Part shown: one piece after another, positions 29,461 to 40,847 of the stretch
Position numbering within the stretch: position 1 is the stretch's first letter
Layout: each line of letters begins with the position of its first letter
Assembly: GCA_016735295.1 (NCBI GenBank)
Contig: JAERRU010000015.1
Span: 3,029-67,028, forward strand
Direction of reading: 5' to 3'
Length of the DNA stretch: 64,000 bases
From: SAR324 cluster bacterium
GTDB taxonomy: Bacteria; SAR324; XYD2-FULL-50-16; JAERRU01
Translations under genes and position numbers: made by a program
Notes under the pieces: model-generated
The model's database searches: none
What the model saw: only the letters and a program-made list of their open reading frames with translations
What the model was told of the DNA's origin: nothing

Positions 29461-31038
29461 GTGAGCATGGGGAATTATTTTTTTATAGATGGCAAAAAGA
29501 TTCCATTTGAGCCTGGTGAATCTATATTAAAAGCGGCCTTAAGAGCTGGTTTTGATATACCTCACTATTGCTATCATCCTTCATTAAGCACGCCAGCCAC
29601 TTGCAGAATGTGCTTGATAGATGTTGTGGACTCGGGAAATGGCAAGGGCTTACCTACCTTGCAGACGTCTTGCACAACATTGGCTAAGGCTGATATTAAG
29701 ATATCGGCTCAGGGGGAAAAGGTGGTACGAGCTAGAGAGGGGGTGTTAGAATTTTTATTGGTAAATCATCCTTTAGATTGCGTGATATGCGATCAGGCAG
29801 GAGAGTGCACTTTGCAAGATTTTGCATTTGAATATGGTTCGGGTGTTTCTATCGTAAACCATGAGAAGCGGGTTTATGGATTAAGAAAGATTGGTAGTTT
29901 TTTAGAGTTAGAGCGTAATAGATGCATACACTGCACAAGATGTGTTAGGTTTTCGCAAGAAATCACGGGAAATAGCGAGTTAGGCACTTTTGGCAGGGGG
30001 CACCAGCTAACGGTTGATACTTTTATTGATAAACCGCTTAGCGATCAATTTCAGGGTAATTTAGCAGATATTTGCCCGGTGGGTGCTATTACTTTAAAGG
30101 ATTTTCGTTTTAAAAAGCGGGTGTGGAAATTAAAATCTGTTCCTTCTATTTGTGATCGCTGTGCTACTGGTTGTAGTATTAATTTAGATCATAAAGATGG
30201 CACAATTTACCGCATTACTCCGCGGGAGAACCAAGAGGTTAACCGTTGGTGGATGTGCGATCATGGCAGGGTGGGTTTTCATGATTATTATGCTGATGAT
30301 AAATTACAAAAATTTTATACTAAGGGCTCACAAAAAATAGATCGATCGCAAGCTTTAACCAATATGTTAACTACTATTAAAGCTAGTGCTGGCTCGATTT
30401 GTTTTATTAATACGGCGTCTTCTACTTTAGAAGAGGCTTATTCATTAAAATTATTCGCTAAATTATTAGGTGATAAGGCTAAAATATATTATCCTAAGCC
30501 TGTCGCTCAGAGGAAGGATTCTGATATATGGATAGATAATCTTATATCTGATGATAAATCACCTAACTCAAGGGGATTAAAGTTGTTAGGATTTTCTAGT
30601 TTAGAAGAAGAATCTTTTTCTAAAATAATCAAAGATTCTACTGATACTATCATAGTGGTTGGTCAATTAAATAAAAGTTGGCAAACTCTGTTATCAGATA
30701 TTACAGATAATCAACGGTTGATTCAATTGACTTGCCTTAAAAATGAATTATTAGGTGGTATGGGTTTAGGCTTGCCTCTCATTCCTGTTTTTGAAAAATC
30801 TGGTATATATGTAAATCGGCAGGGGCGGGCTCAAAAAGTAAATCGCCTGAACTTTTCTAATGGAACTTCTTTAGAGGAGTGTAGTTTATGGAAAAATTTA
30901 GCTGATGAATTAGATCCAATTGATAATGATCAACCTAAAGATAATGCAGAGGCGTTAATTAAATTAGCCGAAAGCGATAAACGGTGGCAAGATTTAACGG
31001 ATAAAAAATTATTAGCTAAAGGCATATTAATTGACTAA
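29461..31038 (+). CDS. nuoG: NADH-quinone oxidoreductase subunit G (short form)
   Basis: CYHP...CRMC, HPLDCVICDQAGEC and RCIHCTRC...CPVGA Fe-S motifs; GTG start. Confidence 0.88.
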   Translation: MSMGNYFFIDGKKIPFEPGESILKAALRAGFDIPHYCYHPSLSTPATCRMCLIDVVDSGNGKGLPTLQTSCTTLAKADIKISAQGEKVVRAREGVLEFLLVNHPLDCVICDQAGECTLQDFAFEYGSGVSIVNHEKRVYGLRKIGSFLELERNRCIHCTRCVRFSQEITGNSELGTFGRGHQLTVDTFIDKPLSDQFQGNLADICPVGAITLKDFRFKKRVWKLKSVPSICDRCATGCSINLDHKDGTIYRITPRENQEVNRWWMCDHGRVGFHDYYADDKLQKFYTKGSQKIDRSQALTNMLTTIKASAGSICFINTASSTLEEAYSLKLFAKLLGDKAKIYYPKPVAQRKDSDIWIDNLISDDKSPNSRGLKLLGFSSLEEESFSKIIKDSTDTIIVVGQLNKSWQTLLSDITDNQRLIQLTCLKNELLGGMGLGLPLIPVFEKSGIYVNRQGRAQKVNRLNFSNGTSLEECSLWKNLADELDPIDNDQPKDNAEALIKLAESDKRWQDLTDKKLLAKGILID

Positions 31039-31178
31039 ATTAAGATAGAGTATGCCACTAAGCTTGGATTATAGAGTCTGCTATTACGCCATAGGGTAAA
31101 GTTTAACTAGCCTAAACCGGCATACTATTTAATTCTATATCAACATTATCTTTGATGTTTATTGATTAGATTAATAAT

Positions 31179-31778
31179 TTGATGAAAGCATTATTGTTAA
31201 TCGATTTACAAAATGATTTTTGTGCTGGGGGAGCGCTAGCGGTGAATGGGGGGGATGAGGTTATAAAAGTAGCTAATCAATTTATTAATGAATTTAACAT
31301 AGTCATAGCTACTCAAGATTGGCACCCTGCCAATCATTTAAGTTTCGCCATCAATCATGAACATCGAAAACCTGGCGATGTCATCAATCTAGCGGGTATA
31401 GAGCAGGTTTTATGGCCTAAACACTGTGTAGAATTTTCTAAAGGAGCTAAATTTCATAGTGATTTGCAGATAACGGCGATTGATTATATTCAAAAAAAAG
31501 GAACTAATAAAATAATTGATAGCTACTCAGCTTTTTTTGAAAATGACCATAAAACTCATACTGGGCTAGATTTTTATTTAAAAAATAAAAATATTACTAG
31601 TTTGGTTATCCTAGGATTAGCTACTGATTATTGCGTAAAACATAGCGTGCTTGACGCTCGGCGATTATCCTATAAAGTCAAAGTAGTAAAGGCTGGTTGC
31701 CGGGCGGTAAATCTCAAAAAAAATGACGAATCTTTAGCTTATCACGAAATGAGGCGGGCGGGAGCGGTTTTTATTTGA
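31179..31778 (+). CDS. pncA: Nicotinamidase/pyrazinamidase
   Basis: DLQNDFC..GALAV, QDWHP..H, WPKHC and GLATDYCVK motifs. Confidence 0.95.
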   Translation: MMKALLLIDLQNDFCAGGALAVNGGDEVIKVANQFINEFNIVIATQDWHPANHLSFAINHEHRKPGDVINLAGIEQVLWPKHCVEFSKGAKFHSDLQITAIDYIQKKGTNKIIDSYSAFFENDHKTHTGLDFYLKNKNITSLVILGLATDYCVKHSVLDARRLSYKVKVVKAGCRAVNLKKNDESLAYHEMRRAGAVFI

Positions 31779-31895
31779 TAAAAATTCATGTTTATTTAAA
31801 AAAATAAATGCTTATTTGATTAAAATGTATGATTTTTGAACGTAACTAAATGTTTATTTAATAAAATCATATGATTGCTAAATATAGTTAAGCGA
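31770..31895. repeat. Degenerate 20-21-bp tandem repeat starting at the pncA stop codon
   Basis: (T/C)TTATTT(G/A)A..AAAAT..ATG-like units at 31770, 31791, 31811 and 31853. Confidence 0.6.
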
Positions 31896-31948
31896 TTATC
31901 TGGGAAAAATACCTGAAATTTTTACATTCATAAATCAACCAATGAACA

Positions 31949-33520
31949 ATGAAAATCTTTAGTGTACCTCAGCTAAAACTTTGGGATAAGCGTACGATAA
32001 ATCAAAACCAAGTTGATAATTCTGCTAAGGTGAGCTCTGCCGTGTTAATAGAAAGAGCTGCTAGTGGGGTTGTTGATTGGTTATTGAACAAATTTTCATC
32101 CACTAAAGATGAGCTAACCTTCCATTTTTTTTGCGGGCCGGGCAATAATGGTGCTGATGGATTATTATCTGCTAATATATTACTGCAAAAGGGGTTAAAG
32201 GCGAAAGTATGGATATTTAAGGAGAGTGGTTCTGTTGATTATAACCGAGAATTAGCTAACCATAAGCTAGAAAATATTTATCACCTAAAAAATAAAAATG
32301 ATAGCCTTAAGACTTTATCAGAGCTGGCAGAGCCTGATAACATTATTATAGATTCCATTTTTGGTAATGGATTAAATAAAAAGCTTAGTGGAATCTTTGC
32401 CGAAACCATTTATTATTTGAATGATTTAGCAGGATTTAAAGTGGCTATTGACATGCCTAGCGGTTTGTTTGCTGATGATGAAACTATTGGTAAAGCTATT
32501 TTCAAGGCTGATACGGTGTTAACATTTGAGAAACCAAAATTATCTTTTTTTGTGGAAGATTCGCAAAAATTCATCAAAAGTTGGAATATTATTAAGATCG
32601 GCTTAAGCAAGCATTTTGAGGAGGATTTATCATCTGATAATCATTATTTAACCAAAAATGAAATAGCCAAATTAAAGATACCGCGTAATAAAATTTCCCA
32701 TAAAAATACCTATGGCCATGTTTTGTTAGTTGGGGGAACAAAAGATAAATTTGGCTGTATCGCCTTAGCAGCTAAAGCCGCTTTGCGTAGCGGCTGTGGG
32801 TTGGTGAGCGTTGATTGTCCTTTAGAAGTAGGGGCTAAAGTTATTAGTATGATCCCAGAAGTTATGGCAGAGCAGGTATTTCATTATACTAATAATAATA
32901 AGGATGATGATGATGATAAAACTGATTATTCTCGCTGGACCGATAAAAATTATCACGCCATTGCCATAGGCCCAGGGCTAGAAATTAACTTGTTAGCGAA
33001 AGAAAGATTATTCGCTTTGCTAAATGTGCTTAATATGACTGATATACCCATTTTGATTGACGCTGATGGGCTAAATTTGATTGCTCGTTACCCTGAGCTT
33101 AAAAGTATGCTAGGCAGAAATTGCATTTTAACCCCTCACCCTAAAGAGTTTAGCCGTTTAGCGGGCCGCTCATTTGATAATGGCTGGGATGAGCTAAAGG
33201 CTGCTCAAGATTTTGCGATTACACATAAACTGGTGCTGGTATTAAAAAAATCAGTTAGTATGATTTTCACGCCTGAAGGCAAAATTTATATATCAGAGCG
33301 TGGCACCCACGGAATGGCCACTGCTGGTAGTGGAGACGTATTAACTGGTATGATAACCAGCTTTTTAGGGCAAGGCTATACTCAACTAGATGCAGCACTG
33401 CTTGCCGTTTATTTACACGGCTTGGCGGGAGAAATTGGCGTAAACATTTTTTGCGCTGAATCTTTGATGGCCTCTGATATAATTGATAATATATCTGCTG
33501 CTTTTGGCATGCTTAGTTGA
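31949..33520 (+). CDS. nnr: Bifunctional NAD(P)H-hydrate epimerase/dehydratase
   Basis: GPGNNGADG, DMPSG, IGPGL, DADGLN, TPHPKEF and MATAGSGDVLTG motifs. Confidence 0.95.
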   Translation: MKIFSVPQLKLWDKRTINQNQVDNSAKVSSAVLIERAASGVVDWLLNKFSSTKDELTFHFFCGPGNNGADGLLSANILLQKGLKAKVWIFKESGSVDYNRELANHKLENIYHLKNKNDSLKTLSELAEPDNIIIDSIFGNGLNKKLSGIFAETIYYLNDLAGFKVAIDMPSGLFADDETIGKAIFKADTVLTFEKPKLSFFVEDSQKFIKSWNIIKIGLSKHFEEDLSSDNHYLTKNEIAKLKIPRNKISHKNTYGHVLLVGGTKDKFGCIALAAKAALRSGCGLVSVDCPLEVGAKVISMIPEVMAEQVFHYTNNNKDDDDDKTDYSRWTDKNYHAIAIGPGLEINLLAKERLFALLNVLNMTDIPILIDADGLNLIARYPELKSMLGRNCILTPHPKEFSRLAGRSFDNGWDELKAAQDFAITHKLVLVLKKSVSMIFTPEGKIYISERGTHGMATAGSGDVLTGMITSFLGQGYTQLDAALLAVYLHGLAGEIGVNIFCAESLMASDIIDNISAAFGMLS

Positions 33521-33624
33521 CGTTTAAATTATGTTTAGTAGATTTTTTTGTTGAAAAATTTTATCTGATATGCTAATAGCTATGCTGCTTAGTGTATTAT
33601 ACCATTTTATATTGTATATAAATT

Positions 33625-34587
33625 TTGCTTAAGAATAGGTTGAATATGAATATTGCTATTATTTTACCCGCTTTCAATGAAGAACATACTATCGCCAAAG
33701 TTATTACCAGCTTTCATAAAGAGCTCCCAAAAGCTAAAATTGTGGTAGTTAATAATGCTTCTACCGATAACACCTTTAACGAAGCGACCAAAACTTTTGC
33801 CAAGCTTGATATTGGGGGCACTATCATCAATGAGGCCAGGCAAGGCAAGGGATTTGCCGTGCGAGCTGCCTTTACACAAATAGATGCTGATTATTATGTG
33901 CTTTGCGATGCTGATGACACTTACCCAGCTAACTCGGTTAAAGATTTATTAAACTTAGCCTATGAAGGAGCTGATTTAGTGGTGGGCAACCGCCTTAGCT
34001 CTGGATCATATAAAAAGCAAAATAACCGCCGCTACCACACTTTTGGTAATAGATTGATTAATTTTATCGTTAATTGTCTTTTTTCAAATATTGATAAAAT
34101 TAAAGATGTGATGAGTGGATACCGAGTTTTTAGCCGTAAATTTGTTAAAAATTATCCTATTTTGGTGCCCGGATTTCAATTAGAAACTGATATGACCTTG
34201 CACGCCCTTGATAAAAGGTTTGTCGTGCGAGAAATGGAGGTTACTTACCAAAATCGTCCTAAAGAAAGCTTTTCAAAGCTTAATACTATATCTGACGGGC
34301 TTAAAGTACTTTTTTGTATTGCCAGGGTATTTCGCTATTACCGACCCTTATTCTTTTTTAGTATACTATCTCTCATATTTTTAATAACTGGTTTTTTATC
34401 GGCTATCCCAGTTTTACGAGATTGGATATTATATAGTTATATATATCACGTCCCTTTAGCTATTTTAGCTAGTTCTTTGGAATTGGTGGCTATACTAACT
34501 TTATTAGCAGGATTTATTTTGGATTCTTTGAGCCATCAAAATAAATTTATGTATGAGCATACTTTGCTTAACCTCAAAAAAGATTAA
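33625..34587 (+). CDS. GT2 glycosyltransferase (polyprenol-phosphate glycosyltransferase-like) with two C-terminal TMs
   Basis: PAFNEE, NNASTDNT, GKG, DADDTY and DVMSGYR motifs. Confidence 0.9.
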   Translation: MLKNRLNMNIAIILPAFNEEHTIAKVITSFHKELPKAKIVVVNNASTDNTFNEATKTFAKLDIGGTIINEARQGKGFAVRAAFTQIDADYYVLCDADDTYPANSVKDLLNLAYEGADLVVGNRLSSGSYKKQNNRRYHTFGNRLINFIVNCLFSNIDKIKDVMSGYRVFSRKFVKNYPILVPGFQLETDMTLHALDKRFVVREMEVTYQNRPKESFSKLNTISDGLKVLFCIARVFRYYRPLFFFSILSLIFLITGFLSAIPVLRDWILYSYIYHVPLAILASSLELVAILTLLAGFILDSLSHQNKFMYEHTLLNLKKD

Positions 34588-34770
34588 TATTTTTAATAAT
34601 TATCCATAAGTTAAAATAGATTCATGTGCGAGCATGCTTTGCTTAATCGCAAAAAAGATTAATATGTTTAATAATCTATCCATACGTTAAAATAGATTCA
34701 TGTGCGAGCATACTGTGCTTAATTACAAAAAAGATTAATATGTTTAATAATTTATCTATACGTTGAAAAT
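34538..34770. repeat. Three tandem 75-76-bp copies of the GT2 gene end plus downstream DNA
   Basis: Units start at 34538, 34613 and 34689; each reads as N(K/R)FM(Y/C)EH..LN.KKD*. Confidence 0.95.
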
Positions 34771-34784
34771 TTAACATTACTCAT

Positions 34785-36335
34785 ATGCTAATGCTAAAAA
34801 ATCATATAAATACTATTAAAACTATTAAAAATCCGTTTGCCACCAAATTTGAAATTTTGGCCCTACTCTTTTTAATATTTCATTTTGCACTGTGGACGTC
34901 TCTATCTACTTTATTTGATATCCACAGCGATATGGCTGATCATTTTATGAGCAGTCGATATTGGTCGTTATCCTATTATGAACATCCTCCTATGGTCGCT
35001 TGGAGCATGGCTTGGATTAACCTATTTCCCAATAGTTATCACATACCCTTATTAAAAATTGGCTCAGTAATTTTTAATTGCTTACTTTTATGGCAAGTAT
35101 TTAGGATATCAATGTTGATAATGCCTAAACGCTATAGCCTTTACTCAATGCTGATTTTAGCGAGCACTGCATATCTTTCGTTAGGGTCGTTATTTTGGAG
35201 TATTGATCATCCTTATCTGCTTTTTTGGTTGTTGGCGACTAGATTTACTTTATTATATATTAACACCAAAAACAGTAATTATCTTTTGCTGATGGGGGCT
35301 AGTTTGGGATTTGGAGCTCTATCTAAATACATCACAGTTTTATTTTATCTATCCCTATTCATCTGGGGCATAATAACGCATAAGAGGTACAAATTACTTA
35401 AAAATTATTACTTTTACGCAGCAGGAATAATCTCATTTATCATTTTCCTTCCTGTCCTCTATTGGAATTATCAAAATGATTTTATGTCCTTTTGGTTCCA
35501 CCTACAAAGAGTATTAACAGGAGTAAGTGGAATATCTAACCTGCTCATCTTTACGCTAGGGCATATACTTTTATTTTCACCATTATTTGTATTTTTGGGT
35601 TGGATTAAATATGGCAAAGCTTTATTTGGCACTAGCCTCAACTCAGCTGATCAATTTTTAGGATTAAGTGCTGTAGTAGTGCTGGTATTCTTTTCTCTAG
35701 CTTCATTAACTGGCTCTATAGTGGAGCCTAAATATCTGAATGTTAGTTATTTATTTTTATATATTTTGTTAGCTAAACTTTTAACTAACAAGTTTTTAAT
35801 TAAATATCGATATTATTTAAGATCCTCAATAGTTGTTACTTATCTAGCTAATATTGGTTTGGCTGTGTTTGTTTATGGGCAAGCTACTGGCTCTCACTTA
35901 CCTTTACCAAGTGCGTTGCAAACAAAAATGGAAGGATTGTTATTTTGGAAAGATACTTCAGCTGGTATTAATAATCTTTTGGAAATGAAAGATATCACGC
36001 CCCCGCCATTTGTAATATCACGTGACTATCAGTTATCGGGAATATTATCTTTGTATTTGAAGAATAAACCATTTTCTCATACCATCGAAAAAGAAAAACG
36101 TAATTTATGGAGTAAGCCCCAAGATATTTCTGAAAAAGGTGCCCTGGTGGTTTGCTTGCAAGATGAGTGTAATAAAACAATCAAAGATGTTCAAAAAAGA
36201 CTTCCCAGCAATAGTATCAATAAATTGGGAATGGTTAAAGTAACCTTTCCTTCAAAGCACAATCGAGAATTAATTATCTATTACCTAATGCCCCTAAATT
36301 TACCATGTGTGGGTTGTGAACTAAGCAAAAATTAG
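34785..36335 (+). CDS. ArnT/PMT-family (GT-C) membrane glycosyltransferase
   Basis: YYEHPPMVAW, LSKY and PVLYWN motifs; multiple TMs. Confidence 0.85.
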   Translation: MLMLKNHINTIKTIKNPFATKFEILALLFLIFHFALWTSLSTLFDIHSDMADHFMSSRYWSLSYYEHPPMVAWSMAWINLFPNSYHIPLLKIGSVIFNCLLLWQVFRISMLIMPKRYSLYSMLILASTAYLSLGSLFWSIDHPYLLFWLLATRFTLLYINTKNSNYLLLMGASLGFGALSKYITVLFYLSLFIWGIITHKRYKLLKNYYFYAAGIISFIIFLPVLYWNYQNDFMSFWFHLQRVLTGVSGISNLLIFTLGHILLFSPLFVFLGWIKYGKALFGTSLNSADQFLGLSAVVVLVFFSLASLTGSIVEPKYLNVSYLFLYILLAKLLTNKFLIKYRYYLRSSIVVTYLANIGLAVFVYGQATGSHLPLPSALQTKMEGLLFWKDTSAGINNLLEMKDITPPPFVISRDYQLSGILSLYLKNKPFSHTIEKEKRNLWSKPQDISEKGALVVCLQDECNKTIKDVQKRLPSNSINKLGMVKVTFPSKHNRELIIYYLMPLNLPCVGCELSKN

Positions 36336-36383
36336 CCATATCTGAGCCGTTAAATTATTATATTTATCTGTTAGGTGATACGA

Positions 36384-37448
36384 CTAATTATTTTTATGCA
36401 ACTCTGCATTTAAGCTAGCTGGAGCAAGGGTAGTCAAGCATTCTATCTGCCCATTAAGAGAATTACGCCTTATCAGTAAATTATCTTTACCGGATAACTG
36501 ACTAGCCTTAACACTTTCACTAACTATAACTCCATCTTTAGATAAAACCTTCAGCTTGCTCCCGGCGGTAACATAAAGCCCTGATTCAATAATACAATTA
36601 TCACCTAAAGGAATTCCTAAACCGGCATTGGCACCTATCAAACAATTTTTACCAACTGAAATTAAAATATCTCCTCCGCCAGATAATCTGCCCATAGTAG
36701 ACGCACCGCCCCCTAAATCAGAATTTTCATCCACCCACACCCCAGCAGAAATTCTGCCTTCTACCATATTAGGGCCTTGTGTGCCTGCGTTAAAATTGAT
36801 AAAACCTTCATGCATCACAGTGGTGCCTGAGCCTAGATAGGCCCCTAATCTTATTCTAGCAGAATTGGCTATTCGCACATTAGCGGGAATAACATAATCA
36901 GTTAAGCGGGGAAATTTGTCTATTGACCTGATAAATAGGGCGTCATCTGTAAATCTAGCTTTCCATAATTCATCAGCTACATTAGCAGGGTTAATAGGGC
37001 CTTTATTGCTCCAGGCCACGTTAGGCAAAACGCTAAAGATATTGGTTAAATTTAATTCATTTGGCTTAAAATGACGATAGGATAATAAATGTAATTTTAG
37101 ATACGCCACCCCAACATCACTTAACGCCACATCATCGGTTAACAAAATAGCCACTAATTGGCGGTTTTTAGCTGACAAATAGCTAGCTTTCTTAGTCGCC
37201 TGAGCTATGAAATCAATCAATTTTTTGTGCTGATCGTTTGTTTTATCCAAGATAGCCAATAAATTAGCAATCACCTTATCATCATTCAAACTCAGCGTCT
37301 GATTAGGGATAGTGATAATTTTTTTTAATTGATTTAAAAATTTATCATCAATCCCACTACAAGGCTCAACAAAAAAAAACTCAAGCCAGCCTAGCTTTTT
37401 ATCCTTAGTCCCCAGCCCAATCGCCAAACTATTCACCATACCAGCCAC
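36384..37448 (-). CDS. dapD: 2,3,4,5-tetrahydropyridine-2,6-dicarboxylate N-succinyltransferase (long type)
   Basis: YLKLHLLS, DKFPRLTDYV, RIRLGAYL..GTTVMHEGFINFNAGT and EGRISAGV motifs. Confidence 0.93.
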   Translation of the reverse strand: MAGMVNSLAIGLGTKDKKLGWLEFFFVEPCSGIDDKFLNQLKKIITIPNQTLSLNDDKVIANLLAILDKTNDQHKKLIDFIAQATKKASYLSAKNRQLVAILLTDDVALSDVGVAYLKLHLLSYRHFKPNELNLTNIFSVLPNVAWSNKGPINPANVADELWKARFTDDALFIRSIDKFPRLTDYVIPANVRIANSARIRLGAYLGSGTTVMHEGFINFNAGTQGPNMVEGRISAGVWVDENSDLGGGASTMGRLSGGGDILISVGKNCLIGANAGLGIPLGDNCIIESGLYVTAGSKLKVLSKDGVIVSESVKASQLSGKDNLLIRRNSLNGQIECLTTLAPASLNAELHKNN

Positions 37449-37498
37449 CCAATTATATTAAAAAATATTACCAATATATAATAAAAATCTCTTCTTAA

Positions 37499-38506
<1,008 letters not shown>

Positions 38507-38548
38507 TTATAACTTTTTAAAATTTATGACTAATAATTAACAAAATAC

Positions 38549-39130
38549 TTAAATATATTCTCTACGCTCTTTATCTAATATAGAAAAAGCTTCATTCACT
38601 ATATATTTGCTCCAAAAATTAATATCTTTAGGCTTACTCACCAACTCTTGTGAGCTTATTTTGGGTATACCCCACCGCATAACATTAGGGCTATTTGCCT
38701 TCTTCCGTTTTTTATCAATCTCCCAACCAACCCTTTCCACCACCACCACCTTAGCTAAATTGATTATTTCATCTGCTTTCTTCCATTCACCAAAACTACC
38801 CCACAGATCACTCCCTATATAAAGCACTAGCTTATACTTTATATCATAAACAGACCTTAACCTTGTTAAGTCTTCAATAGTATATGCTACCTTTTTATTA
38901 TAAAAATTAAACCAATCAATTTTAGTTTCTCTTATCCCCTGAAAAGTAGCCACCACCAACCTAGACAAACAATCTAATCTCTTGTGGTTAACCTTTAAGG
39001 GATTATTATTGATAGGTATTATTATTAATTTAGAAACTGATTTTGATGAAACTATTTTTTCGGCTAGCATCCTATGTCCCAAATGGGGCGGATTGAAACT
39101 ACCTCCCAAAATAGCTATTTCTTTATCCAT
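38549..39130 (-). CDS. nadD: Nicotinate-nucleotide adenylyltransferase
   Basis: GGSFNPPHLGH, YT, IGSD...W and ISS motifs; SD AAGGAGG at 39144-39150 (minus strand). Confidence 0.88.
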   Translation of the reverse strand: MDKEIAILGGSFNPPHLGHRMLAEKIVSSKSVSKLIIIPINNNPLKVNHKRLDCLSRLVVATFQGIRETKIDWFNFYNKKVAYTIEDLTRLRSVYDIKYKLVLYIGSDLWGSFGEWKKADEIINLAKVVVVERVGWEIDKKRKKANSPNVMRWGIPKISSQELVSKPKDINFWSKYIVNEAFSILDKERREYI

Positions 39131-39575
39131 AATATGCTATTATCCTCCTTTATTTAGTTTTATCAATTAAAAAAATTAAAAAGATATCAATTATAACTTG
39201 GGACCTGCGTCAACCGGCTAGCACTCAATTTTTATTTCTTGATTATATAATTCATACCTCCAGCCATAGTCATTAAGTATTGGTTATAATGTTTGCAATA
39301 TAAAATATGGTTATATTAAACTATATAGAAGTAAATAAATTTAAGATATACGGTTATTTATAAAGTTATTGGCTTGCACTTGGTGTGTAATAAAAGTATA
39401 ATCATAATTTCATGCCGATTAAAAAAATTTAATAAAAGGTTGTTTCTTTTAAAGATTTTATATTATATATTTGTTATCTATCTTATATACTTTATTTTTT
39501 AACCGATATTCTACTTAAGAAGTCTATTAAACAATTTAGTAATAGATACTAGTTTAGTTTAGTGCTTTTAAAAAA

Positions 39576-40745
39576 ATGAATTTACCTATTTTTACTTTCT
39601 TAGATAAAGCTGCTCACTATAATATATACCTAGATAGGATTTACGAAAAATTTCTTACTCAACAAACTACCCAAAACTTTTTAAAAAGCTACCAAGACTA
39701 CCAAAGAACTTCTATGGATTCTAAGGTATATTCGGTTTTAATATTTGTATTAGTGGCTTTTATTATAGGTGTAACGGGTATCGTTTTAATTCGTTATCTC
39801 TCCAAAGGTAAAATTAGCAGGCAAGTTGGTGATATCCATGATAACACGGCAACTTTACTGAAAAACCTTGCTACCCAAAAATTACATGCCCTTAAGGCTT
39901 CTGCTGCTCAAATTAATGTTTTTTTTGAAATGTTAAAAAATGATAGTGATTATATAGAAGTCATTGAAAATCCCAACGTATTTGAAGAATACTTGAATTA
40001 CTTCAAAATGGTGGAAGAAAATCCAGGTAAACTTAGACTAGCTGAATCACTACGTGATGTGTTTAATTTTAATTTTAGCAACCTAAACGTTGAGTTTAGC
40101 CATACTAGAATGTTACCTGTTCGTCAAAAAATCAGAGTTTTCTTATACCGTGGGTTTAAAACGGCTGATTATTTATCGGCGGTGGTTCGTAACCAACAAG
40201 ACTTTTTTTCTATCTTACCCCCCAAAGTTAAGGGAGCGTGGGTTAGAATTGATGATTTGAAAGAGCTGGAAATAAGAGTATCTAGAAAAGACGATAGTGA
40301 ATATCAATTCTATTGCCCTTTAATGTGGCAATCTGACGATCAGGTTCCGCAAATTATACTGCAACATACTGATAATATTACCAAAATTACTACCAGATTC
40401 TATAAACGATATCTCATAGAAATTCCTTGTAAAATTGCTAGATTTTCTAAAAATAATCTTAAATCTAGTGAAAAAATTAGCGTTACCACAAAAGATTTTA
40501 GCCAAGGGGGTATGTGTTTGGTTATTCCTAAAGCGGTGATTATTTCTCATGATGAGTTATTAGAAATTACTATCCCTAGCACTCAGGTTAAAACTTTATT
40601 TGCCCGTATTGTAGCTCACAATTTATTAGATAATTCTGAAAATGCCTACCTTAATATAGAATTTACTGGTATAACTGAAGTAGAACGCCTATTAATAGGT
40701 CGTTACATAAAATCTTTGCTTCCTATTGAGCAAATCGGTAGTTAG
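39576..40745 (+). CDS. Membrane-anchored PilZ-domain (YcgR-like) c-di-GMP receptor
   Basis: TM at about aa 52-73; RFYKR (RxxxR) and DFSQGG (DxSxxG) motifs. Confidence 0.8.
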   Translation: MNLPIFTFLDKAAHYNIYLDRIYEKFLTQQTTQNFLKSYQDYQRTSMDSKVYSVLIFVLVAFIIGVTGIVLIRYLSKGKISRQVGDIHDNTATLLKNLATQKLHALKASAAQINVFFEMLKNDSDYIEVIENPNVFEEYLNYFKMVEENPGKLRLAESLRDVFNFNFSNLNVEFSHTRMLPVRQKIRVFLYRGFKTADYLSAVVRNQQDFFSILPPKVKGAWVRIDDLKELEIRVSRKDDSEYQFYCPLMWQSDDQVPQIILQHTDNITKITTRFYKRYLIEIPCKIARFSKNNLKSSEKISVTTKDFSQGGMCLVIPKAVIISHDELLEITIPSTQVKTLFARIVAHNLLDNSENAYLNIEFTGITEVERLLIGRYIKSLLPIEQIGS

Positions 40746-40847
40746 CTTTAATTAGTGGCTGGTGATTTTATTTTTCTATGAGTCCATTTACCATCAACAA
40801 ATAGTATTTTTGCTGATCAAAAGTATTATTCACTAAAATTATTACCT

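Noticed and set aside
39219..39226. CIRCE operator (TAGCACTC)
   Set aside because: Only one half-site is present, with no GAGTGCTAA 9 nt downstream, and it is not upstream of a chaperone gene
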